DNA of 63,677 nt, filler included, from Candidatus Woesearchaeota archaeon (GTDB lineage: Archaea > Nanobdellota > Nanobdellia > SCGC-AAA011-G17 > CAYFGV01), in the NCBI GenBank assembly GCA_964342845.1. It is 4 parts of 4 records of this genome, joined end to end, with 100 filler letters (N's around TTAATTAATTAA, not from the genome) between each part and the next. Parts side by side here need not be neighbours in the genome. Positions count along the whole stretch, not along the records: positions 17,507 to 34,584 come from CAYFGV010000013.1; positions 34,685 to 49,907 come from CAYFGV010000014.1; 2 more parts are not named here. One strand, written 5' to 3'. Below, piece by piece: positions 29,595 through 37,844 of this stretch. A program made the position numbers and the translations under genes. The notes under the pieces are model-generated. The model worked only from the letters and a program-made list of their open reading frames with translations, was not told the origin of the DNA and searched no databases. Every line of letters begins with the position of its first letter. Position 1 is the first letter of the stretch.

Positions 29595-32500
29595 TAGCTT
29601 CAAAAGAAATGCAGGAATACTTCGAAAGTATAAACAAAGAAGTAAAAAAAACATACGATATAGCTAGTTTAGCAAGGAAAAAAGGTTTAGATCCAGAACA
29701 AAAAATAGAAATTCCTTTAGCAAGAAATATGGCAGAAAGAGTAGAAGGTTTAATTTCTATTGCTGCTCCAGAGATAATCGGGAAAGGTATACCTAAAAAA
29801 ATATTAGAATTAGAACAAGCACATGGAAAGGCAAATTGGAGAGTAGCACTAACAATAGCTTTAGAAGTTGCTCAAGAAAAATTTTGTAAATTTGAATCAA
29901 AAATGAAAGCAATAGAAACAGGACTAAGAATAGGTTTTGCATATGTGACTATTGGGGTTGTTTCCTCACCCTTAGAGGGGTTTGTAGCGGTAGATATTAA
30001 AAAAAGGTTAGATAATCAAAAAGAATTCTTTTCATTAAGATTTGGAGGACCTGTAAGAAGTGCAGGAGGAACAGCAGCTTCAGCTTTTTTATTAATTGCA
30101 GATTACATCAGAAAAGAATTGGGTTATTCCACTTATGATGCGACTGAACAAGAAATAAAAAGATCTGTAACTGAACTAACGGATTATCATGAAAGAATAA
30201 CAAATTTACAATACTTTCCATCAGAAGAAGAAATTACTTTTATGATAAAAAACATACCTATTATGATAGATGGTGACCCCTCAGAAAAAATAGAAGTTTC
30301 TAACTACAAAAATCTCTCAAGAATTGAAGCAAACAAAATAAGAAATGGTTTTTGTTTAGTTGTGGGGGAGTGTATATGTCAAAAAGCACCAAAAGTTTGG
30401 AAACAACTAGAAAAATGGGGCAAAGATTTTGGAATGCAAGATTGGGATTTCCTAGAAGACTTTGTAAAACTACAAAAAAAAATAAAAGCAAAAGGAAAAA
30501 AAGAAACATCAGAAGAAAAAATAAAACCAGATCACACATTTATAAAAGACTTAGTAGCTGGAAGACCTGTTTTAACACACCCTTTAGCTAAAGGAGGATT
30601 TAGATTAAGATACGGAAGGGCTAGAAACACAGGTCTGTCTGCAATGGGTTTAAATCCAGCAACAATGATTATCTTAGATAACTTCATTGCGACAGGCACA
30701 CAACTGAAAGTAGAAAGACCAGGTAAATCAACAGTAATAAATGCTGTGGATACAATAGAAGGGCCAATTGTCAAACTAAAAAATCAAAATGTAGTATATA
30801 TAGAAAACAAAGAATCAGCACTAAAATATAAAGAAGAAGTAGAAGAAATTTTATTCTTAGGAGACCTTTTAGTTAATCATGGAGACTTCTTAGATAGAGC
30901 TCATGTTTTAGCACCACCTGGTTATTGTGAAGAATATTGGACACTTCAATTAGAAAAAAAAGAAGATTCAGTAGAAAAGATTTCAAAAGAATCTAATATA
31001 GAATTACCTATAGTTGAAAAATTATTAAAAGAACCACTAATAACAAAACTTTCACCAAAAAATTGTTTTAATATTTCTAAACAATATAAAATACCTTTAC
31101 ACCCAAAGCACACAATACGCTGGACAGAAATAAACCACAAAGAACTTTTAACTTTGTTTAGTTGGTTAAGTAAAGCAACAATTAAAGATAGCAAGATAAT
31201 ACTACCTATAGTAAAAAATATCGAAGACATAAATCCAAAAAGAGTTTTAGAAAAAATGGGTTTACCTCACTCAGTTGTCACAAATGAATACATAGTTATA
31301 GAAGATTCAGAACCACTAAAAATATCTTTAGGATTTTATACTAGAGACTTAGATATTAAAAAACTAGTATCTTCTGTTACAGAAAAAAAATCTGTTTTAG
31401 AAATTATCAACTCCATTTCTGAAGTGGAGTTAAAAGACAAATCTGGTTTAACAATAGGAGCAAGAATGGGTAGACCAGAAAAAGCTAAAATAAGAAAATT
31501 AACAGGCTCGCCACACGTCTTATTTCCTGTAGGAGAAGAAGGAGGACGGTTGAGATGTTTCCAATCAGCTTTAGAAGCAGGAAAAGTTTCAGCAGAATTC
31601 CCAATTTACCTTTGTAATAATTGCAATAAACAAACAATTTATCCAATATGTCATCTTTGCAAATCAAAAACAACAAAACAATATTTTTGCATAGATTGTA
31701 ATAAATTAATTGAAACCAAAGAATGTAAAGAACATAGAGTTATACCTTACAAACTACAAGATATAAATATAAATGAATATTTTGACGCAGTTCAAAAAGA
31801 TTTAAAATTAAAAGAATTTCCTGCCTTAATCAAAGGAATTCGTGGAACTTCTAACAAAGACCACACACCAGAAAATCTAATCAAAGGAATTTTAAGAGCA
31901 ATACATAATGTATCGGTCAACAAAGATGGTACTATTAGATATGATATGACTGAAACACCAATAACGCACTTTAAACCAAAAGAAATAGGAACTAGTATAA
32001 AAAAACTAAAAGAGATAGGGTATAAAAAAGATATTTACAACGAACCATTAATATCAGAAGAACAAATTATAGAGATTAAAGCACAAGATATAATATTGCC
32101 TGCTTGTTTAGACTCTTTTGATGAACCAGCAGACATAATCTTTTACAGAACTACAAAGTTTATAGATGATTTATTGAAAAATTTATATAGCTTAGAACCA
32201 TTTTACAATCTAAAAAATAAAGAAGACTTAGTTGGCCATCTTGTCATTTCCTTAGCACCACATACATCTGCAGGAACAGTTTCAAGAATAATAGGTTTTT
32301 CAAAAACACAAGGATTTTATGCACACCCATTATTACATTGTGCTGTTAGAAGAGATTGTTTTGATTACGATACATTTATTCCTCTAAAGAAAAACAGAAA
32401 TTGGAGAATCACAAAAATAGGAAAATTAGTCGAAGAACTAAATCCTAAGATTATTGTGGATAGTTGGGGAACAAAAGAAAAAAAAGTTAGTAGATTTGAG

Positions 32501-34519
32501 ACAATCGGCTTAGATAAAGAGATCAAAAGTGTTAGAGTCAAAAATCTTACAAAACATACAAAAAGGAATATGCTTAATATTAAGACTTCTTTAGGAAAGA
32601 AAATTAAAGTAACCGAAAATCATAAGTTCTTAGTTGAAGGAAAAATTAAGAAAGCATCTTATTTAAAAATCGGAGATAAGTTACCTCTTCCAATAAAAAT
32701 TAATATCAAAGAGAAAAAATTAGAACAAATTAATATAGTTGAGTTTCTAAAACATGAAAAAAATTTAATGATTCGTGGAATTAGAAAGTTAGTTGAAAAA
32801 TTAGATGATTGGGAAAAAGAAAGGATTTTAAATAAATTAAAAATTTCTAAAAAACGATTTACAAATTATAAATTGAGAGATAGTTACCCTTTGGAATTTA
32901 TTTTAAGATTAAATTCTGATTTGAAGAAAGAAATTTATGAGCAAGGAAAGATTGCAATTAAAAGAGACAATGTCGAAGTCCCAATTGTGATTATGTTAGA
33001 TAAAGAATTGCTTGAAATTATTGGGCTATATATTGCAGAAGGATATTCTCGTAGTGTTAGAGGGGAAAAAGGTTTAAATCAAGTTTATATTGCTTCTAAT
33101 GATTTGAAGTTAAAGAAATTTATTGAGAAAACCATTTTTGAGAAATTTGGGTTAAAAGTTTCTGAGAAGAAAAAAGATAGAGTTACGTTTTCCTCTAAAA
33201 TTCTTTATTTATTTTTTACTAAAATACTTGAATGTGGAAGTAATGCTAACAATAAAAGAGTCCCTTATTTATTTTTAGATTTACCTCTAAATAGATTAGG
33301 GTCGTTTTTAAGAGGATATTTTGAAGGAGATGGAAGTGTTAGTTTAAGTGATAGGAGGGTTACTTGTGATACAGTAAGTGAAGGATTGTTAGCAGATTTA
33401 GAATTTTGCTTATCTAGGTTTGGAATTTTTTCAAAAAAATATGAATATGAGAAAGAACCGGGTCCTGCTGTGAAAGAATTTTATATTAGAAAAAATAGAA
33501 AAATTCCAAAATTTAAAATAACTAAATTAATAATTGGTTCTGATTTTGTAGATGTTTTTGGAAAGATTGCTTTTCTGTCAAATACAAAAAACAAAATATT
33601 AAATTTCCATTTAAATAAAAAAGGTGTCGGAATGAGAATAGATAAAGATAAAGATTTTATTTACGATCCAATAACTTCTATCGACGAAATTGGAGAAAAG
33701 GAGAGTTATTGTTTAAGTATCGACACTAAAGAACATTTAGTTGTTACAAATTCTATTTTAAGTAAGCAATGCGACGGAGATGAAGTTGCAGTAATGCTTT
33801 TAACAGACGCCTTGCTAAACTTCTCAAAAAAATACCTACCTTCTCACAGAGGTGCTACACAAGATGCACCTTTAGTTTTAACTTCAATATTAGCACCTTC
33901 TGAAGTAGATGACATGGTTTTAAACATGGATATAGCTTGGAAGTACCCATTAGAATTTTATAAGGCTTGTGAAGATTATAAAATGCCTTGGGATGTTAAA
34001 ATAGAAAAATTCGGAGATGTTTTAGAAACAGAAAGACAATTTGAAAAAATGGGATTTACACATCATACTTCAGATATAAATGAAGGTGTAAACTTTTCAG
34101 CATACAAGGCTTTGCCCACAATGGAAGAAAAAGTAAGAGGACAAATGAGACTAGCAGAAAAAATTAGAGCAGTAGACGAAGTAGATGTAGCCAGGTTAGT
34201 TATAGAAAGACACTTCATTAGAGATTTAAAAGGAAACTTAAGAAAATTTTCTATGCAACAGTTTAGATGCGTAAATTGTAATGAAAAATACAGACGACCT
34301 CCATTAGCAGGCCATTGTTTAAAATGTAAAGGAAAAATAATATTTACAATTTCTGAAGGATCAGTTATCAAGTATCTAGAACCTTGTATAAGTTTAGCTA
34401 ACAAATATAATTTACCTCCTTATTTAAAACAAAGTCTAGAATTATTGCAACAAAGGATTGAATCTGTATTTGGAAAAGATAAAGAATTACAAACAGGTTT
34501 AGGAAGTTGGTTTGGATAA
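29591..34519 (+). CDS. polC: DNA polymerase D large subunit DP2 containing an intein
   Basis: GPVRSAGGTA, RLRYGR, RMGRPEK, RRD|CDGD catalytic site, Zn fingers, C-terminal QTGLGSWF (PIP-like). Confidence 0.95.
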   Translation: MIASKEMQEYFESINKEVKKTYDIASLARKKGLDPEQKIEIPLARNMAERVEGLISIAAPEIIGKGIPKKILELEQAHGKANWRVALTIALEVAQEKFCKFESKMKAIETGLRIGFAYVTIGVVSSPLEGFVAVDIKKRLDNQKEFFSLRFGGPVRSAGGTAASAFLLIADYIRKELGYSTYDATEQEIKRSVTELTDYHERITNLQYFPSEEEITFMIKNIPIMIDGDPSEKIEVSNYKNLSRIEANKIRNGFCLVVGECICQKAPKVWKQLEKWGKDFGMQDWDFLEDFVKLQKKIKAKGKKETSEEKIKPDHTFIKDLVAGRPVLTHPLAKGGFRLRYGRARNTGLSAMGLNPATMIILDNFIATGTQLKVERPGKSTVINAVDTIEGPIVKLKNQNVVYIENKESALKYKEEVEEILFLGDLLVNHGDFLDRAHVLAPPGYCEEYWTLQLEKKEDSVEKISKESNIELPIVEKLLKEPLITKLSPKNCFNISKQYKIPLHPKHTIRWTEINHKELLTLFSWLSKATIKDSKIILPIVKNIEDINPKRVLEKMGLPHSVVTNEYIVIEDSEPLKISLGFYTRDLDIKKLVSSVTEKKSVLEIINSISEVELKDKSGLTIGARMGRPEKAKIRKLTGSPHVLFPVGEEGGRLRCFQSALEAGKVSAEFPIYLCNNCNKQTIYPICHLCKSKTTKQYFCIDCNKLIETKECKEHRVIPYKLQDININEYFDAVQKDLKLKEFPALIKGIRGTSNKDHTPENLIKGILRAIHNVSVNKDGTIRYDMTETPITHFKPKEIGTSIKKLKEIGYKKDIYNEPLISEEQIIEIKAQDIILPACLDSFDEPADIIFYRTTKFIDDLLKNLYSLEPFYNLKNKEDLVGHLVISLAPHTSAGTVSRIIGFSKTQGFYAHPLLHCAVRRDCFDYDTFIPLKKNRNWRITKIGKLVEELNPKIIVDSWGTKEKKVSRFETIGLDKEIKSVRVKNLTKHTKRNMLNIKTSLGKKIKVTENHKFLVEGKIKKASYLKIGDKLPLPIKINIKEKKLEQINIVEFLKHEKNLMIRGIRKLVEKLDDWEKERILNKLKISKKRFTNYKLRDSYPLEFILRLNSDLKKEIYEQGKIAIKRDNVEVPIVIMLDKELLEIIGLYIAEGYSRSVRGEKGLNQVYIASNDLKLKKFIEKTIFEKFGLKVSEKKKDRVTFSSKILYLFFTKILECGSNANNKRVPYLFLDLPLNRLGSFLRGYFEGDGSVSLSDRRVTCDTVSEGLLADLEFCLSRFGIFSKKYEYEKEPGPAVKEFYIRKNRKIPKFKITKLIIGSDFVDVFGKIAFLSNTKNKILNFHLNKKGVGMRIDKDKDFIYDPITSIDEIGEKESYCLSIDTKEHLVVTNSILSKQCDGDEVAVMLLTDALLNFSKKYLPSHRGATQDAPLVLTSILAPSEVDDMVLNMDIAWKYPLEFYKACEDYKMPWDVKIEKFGDVLETERQFEKMGFTHHTSDINEGVNFSAYKALPTMEEKVRGQMRLAEKIRAVDEVDVARLVIERHFIRDLKGNLRKFSMQQFRCVNCNEKYRRPPLAGHCLKCKGKIIFTISEGSVIKYLEPCISLANKYNLPPYLKQSLELLQQRIESVFGKDKELQTGLGSWFG
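32357..33769 (+). mobile_element. Intein (471 aa) with LAGLIDADG in DP2, ending in Gln
   Basis: CFDYD start; VTENH; LYIAEG and GYFEGDG; SYCLSI...LSKQ|C. Confidence 0.93.
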
Positions 34520-34522
34520 AAA

Positions 34523-34584
34523 CGCCCCCTCCAGGATTTGAACCCGGGCTCTAACCTCCGCAAGGTTATGTCCTATCCACTAGA
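34523..34584 (-). tRNA. tRNA-Arg(GCG), 5'-truncated by contig end
   Basis: Reverse complement gives TAACC-TTGCGGA-GGTTA anticodon arm, GGTTCAAATCC T-loop and GGGGGCG acceptor 3' strand. Confidence 0.88.
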
Positions 34585-34684
34585 NNNNNNNNNNNNNNNN
34601 NNNNNNNNNNNNNNNNNNNNNNNNNNNNTTAATTAATTAANNNNNNNNNNNNNNNNNNNNNNNNNNNNNNNNNNNNNNNNNNNN
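34585..34684. other. Artificial contig linker
   Basis: N-TTAATTAATTAA-N, 100 nt. Confidence 0.98.
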
Positions 34685-34686
34685 AT

Positions 34687-35025
34687 ATTAATTCTGAAAG
34701 ATTAAGATTTGATTTTAATTTTGACAGAAAATTAGAGAAAGAAGAACTACAAAATATAGAAATACAAGTTAACCAATGGATTAAAGACAAATTAGAAGTT
34801 AAAAGAGAAGAAATGACAGTAAAAGAAGCAAAAGCAAAAGGAGCTGTAGGAATCTTTGATGAAAAATATAAAGAAAAAGTAAATGTCTATTCTATTTCAA
34901 AGGTTTCTAAAGAAATTTGTTCTGGACCTCATGTTGAAAATACTTCTGAATTAGGTGTTTTTAGAATTAAAAAAGAACAATCTTCTTCTGCAGGTGTTAG
35001 AAGGATAAAAGCAGTATTAGAATAA
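34687..35025 (+). CDS. alaS: Alanyl-tRNA synthetase editing domain, 3' fragment (5' part missing)
   Basis: [10 protein letters not shown]...EICSGPHV...[16 protein letters not shown]; a free-standing AlaX cannot be excluded. Confidence 0.8.
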   Translation: MNSERLRFDFNFDRKLEKEELQNIEIQVNQWIKDKLEVKREEMTVKEAKAKGAVGIFDEKYKEKVNVYSISKVSKEICSGPHVENTSELGVFRIKKEQSSSAGVRRIKAVLE

Positions 35026-35059
35026 TTTATTGTTTGTCTTTGTGGTACATTCATTATTT

Positions 35060-35197
35060 TTAAAGTTCTTTTAAGAAGTCTTTAGAATCCATACTCTTGA
35101 ATTCTCCTCTTTCATATTCTTTCCAAGCTTCTTCTGTTCTTCTAGCAAATTCTAAGTCTACTTTTAATTTTTTAGCCTTGTCCTCAACTTTTTTCAT
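35060..35197 (-). CDS. 45-aa antitoxin-like peptide, no partner toxin visible
   Basis: MKKVEDKAKKLKVDLEFARRTEEAWKEYERGEFKSMDSKDFLKEL*. Confidence 0.5.
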   Translation of the reverse strand: MKKVEDKAKKLKVDLEFARRTEEAWKEYERGEFKSMDSKDFLKEL

Positions 35198-35296
35198 TAT
35201 AATCAATAATTTTGGACAATAATAAACCTTTCGATTTTACTGACTGTGGGACAAAATAATAGAAAAATATTTAAATAGAAAGACTTATCTACCATT

Positions 35297-35380
35297 ATGG
35301 CAAAAATATACGAATCCGAAGTTAAAGAAGCCTTACCTGAAAGAAAAGAACTCAAAGGACATTTAGCTGACACACAATAA
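35297..35380 (+). CDS. 27-aa peptide, candidate RiPP precursor
   Basis: MAKIYESEVKEALPERKELKGHLADTQ*; BRE/TATA GAAAAATATTTAAATA just upstream; TAATG overlap with the radical SAM start. Confidence 0.65.
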   Translation: MAKIYESEVKEALPERKELKGHLADTQ

Positions 35381-36456
35381 TGTTTTTAAGAAGTATGTTA
35401 AAAAGAGCACACATAGATGTAATTGGAAAATGTAATCAAAGGTGTCTGCATTGCCATATGTCTGATTTTTACGGGGAAAATCCTTCCAAAAATAGACTTC
35501 TTAAAATTATAAAAAAATTAAAAGAAATAGGAGTAGAAAAAGTTGCATTAAGCGGAGGGGAACCTTTTCTAAGAAAAGATTTATTTGAAATATTAAAGGA
35601 ATGCCCAAGAAATACTTCAATTCTTACAAATACAACCCTTTTAAATACAGATCATATTACTAAATTAAAAAAATTTAAAGATAAATACAACAAAATTATT
35701 ACGTTAAGAATTGGTTTAGATGGATTAGAATCACATAAGGCTTTGAGAGGTTATGACTATAAACCTGTAATAAAAAAAATTAAACTAATCAAAAAGAACG
35801 ACCTTATCGTTGTAATCAATACAACAATTTCACCTTTTTTAAAAAAAGGAGAATTATTAAAACTATTGGACTTATTAGAAAAATTAAGAGTGGATCAATG
35901 GAACATTGACATTCCTTTTAACGAAGGGAGTTTTAAAGAAAATAAATTAAATATAGAACTAAATTACACCTTATCCGAGTTAAAAAAACTAATAGTTAAA
36001 TACCTTGAGGGAAAAAATAACATTAGGTTAGATATTGTTGGATTATTCTGTTCAGAAAGAATAAAAAAAGGTAGCGGATTTTACGAGTGTGAGTTAAATG
36101 CACATCCGTGCAATTATCAACTCCGCTCTATAACTATAAATCCAAAAGGAGAAATATTGGTTTGCCCTTCTTTACATATACCTTTTGGGAAAATCGCAAA
36201 TGAGTTAAGAACCTATAGAAATTCAAAAGAGTGGAGAGATTTTGTTGAGAAAAATAGGAGTTACCCCAAAGGATGCAAAGAATGTAGATATCTAAAGATT
36301 TGTGGTGGTGGCTGTAGGGCAAATGCATATACTTATGAGGGTGATTTATGGGGAGAGGATAAATTATCATGTAAACTCATGGAATTTCTAGAGAAAGAGA
36401 TAGTTCCTTTATATCCAAAGGAAATTCAAAAACAGTTTAAAAAATTAATGCTTTAA
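35380..36456 (+). CDS. Radical SAM/SPASM-domain protein
   Basis: CNQRCLHC, SGGEP, and SPASM cysteines C...CPS...CKECRYLKICGGGCRANA...C. Confidence 0.92.
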   Translation: MFLRSMLKRAHIDVIGKCNQRCLHCHMSDFYGENPSKNRLLKIIKKLKEIGVEKVALSGGEPFLRKDLFEILKECPRNTSILTNTTLLNTDHITKLKKFKDKYNKIITLRIGLDGLESHKALRGYDYKPVIKKIKLIKKNDLIVVINTTISPFLKKGELLKLLDLLEKLRVDQWNIDIPFNEGSFKENKLNIELNYTLSELKKLIVKYLEGKNNIRLDIVGLFCSERIKKGSGFYECELNAHPCNYQLRSITINPKGEILVCPSLHIPFGKIANELRTYRNSKEWRDFVEKNRSYPKGCKECRYLKICGGGCRANAYTYEGDLWGEDKLSCKLMEFLEKEIVPLYPKEIQKQFKKLML

Positions 36457-36482
36457 AGAGATTGTGGATTTTCTTAGAATCT

Positions 36483-36537
36483 TGCTAAAAACTTTCTAGC
36501 ATTGCAAGGATTTCTACACGCGCGTAACGTATATAAA
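36483..36537 (+). repeat. Repeat A copy 2
   Basis: TGCTAAAAACTTTCTAGCATTGCAAGGATTTCTACACGCGCGTAACGTATATAAA, 23 nt before ATG 36561. Confidence 0.92.
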
Positions 36538-36560
36538 CTAACCGCCCTTCTATTAATATT

Positions 36561-37844
36561 ATGATACATTTTTGGGAACTACCAAACCAAAATAGAGTTA
36601 TTTTGGATGAAATCTTCAAGAAAGAACTTATGTCTAAATTCATGAATAAAGTAAAAACTTTAAACGATGCAGTCAAAGTTTTGGGTTTTTCTAAAAATAC
36701 ATTTAAGAGAGTCATCAATATAAGTAGGCGTAAAATTAGCATTGAGTTTTTGGTAAAATTAATCAGATATCTAAATAATAAAAATTTCACTCTAGGAAAA
36801 GCAGAAAAGAAAATCCTTTGGATTGGACATAAAAACAGCAAGGGAATCATTAATCCAAAACTACCTTTTAATTTTAATTCTAAACAATCTGTAAGGACAC
36901 TAGCAGCAATTTTCAATGAAGGTTGGATAAGCGGCGGAATGTATTATTCAAATAGTGAAAAACCACTAAGAGATTCAGTCAAAAAATCTACCCTAGAAGC
37001 TTTCGGAGGCAATCAAGAAACAATTAAAGAGTATCTAAAAGAAAATGATAAAGTTTTAGCTTTTCCCTCTATCTTTAGGGATTTATTCTTAACTTATGTA
37101 AATTTTAAAGGCTCAAAAGTTACAAATGACCCCAAAATACCTAATGAAATTTTATCTAACAAAGAGCTTATGTGTGCTTGGCTTGAACAAACAATAGCCG
37201 ATGAAGGATCTGTAATTTTTAATCCACAGAAACCTAAACCAGAGAAGTATAAGAAATTAATTAGCTGGAAAAGATCTATGGATGTAACAAATTATAAACC
37301 GCTACAAAATATAAAAAAGAATACACCTTTCAAGAAATTACCTTTCAACGTTCAAACTGAATTAATTCGAAGAATGAATAATATAATGAAGTTCGAAACA
37401 GAAATTCTGAAAAGGTTAGATATAAATTTTAGACATTATTGTGGTAACGTATATTTAACAAAGGATAAAATTAGAATAAGAAAAGTCATCCATATAACCA
37501 AAAGAAAAAATCTTCTAAAATTAAGAAAAATAATAACAATTCCCCATCCAGAAAAAGAATTAAAGTTTAAAGAAATGTTCAATGATTATAAAAGATATAA
37601 AGAGCCATTAAAAGTAAAAAATTCTATCATAGAATTAGGGATAAAGAAAAAACATTTTACTTCTATCGATTTAAAACATAAGATGAAATATCAAAATCTA
37701 AGCAATTCTTTTAAGTGGCTTAAAATATTTGAAAAAGAAGGATTAATTAAAAAGATAAAAGAGTCTTCTTATGGAAATGGATATTATAGGGAACCTGCAA
37801 GGTACATTCTTAATCAAACGTCCAAAGCAGTTCCAGAAACATAA
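36561..37844 (+). CDS. Free-standing LAGLIDADG-like protein with N- and C-terminal HTH-like regions
   Basis: LAAIFNEG and WLEQTIADEGSV; PKIPNEI linker; no Hint motifs. Confidence 0.75.
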   Translation: MIHFWELPNQNRVILDEIFKKELMSKFMNKVKTLNDAVKVLGFSKNTFKRVINISRRKISIEFLVKLIRYLNNKNFTLGKAEKKILWIGHKNSKGIINPKLPFNFNSKQSVRTLAAIFNEGWISGGMYYSNSEKPLRDSVKKSTLEAFGGNQETIKEYLKENDKVLAFPSIFRDLFLTYVNFKGSKVTNDPKIPNEILSNKELMCAWLEQTIADEGSVIFNPQKPKPEKYKKLISWKRSMDVTNYKPLQNIKKNTPFKKLPFNVQTELIRRMNNIMKFETEILKRLDINFRHYCGNVYLTKDKIRIRKVIHITKRKNLLKLRKIITIPHPEKELKFKEMFNDYKRYKEPLKVKNSIIELGIKKKHFTSIDLKHKMKYQNLSNSFKWLKIFEKEGLIKKIKESSYGNGYYREPARYILNQTSKAVPET

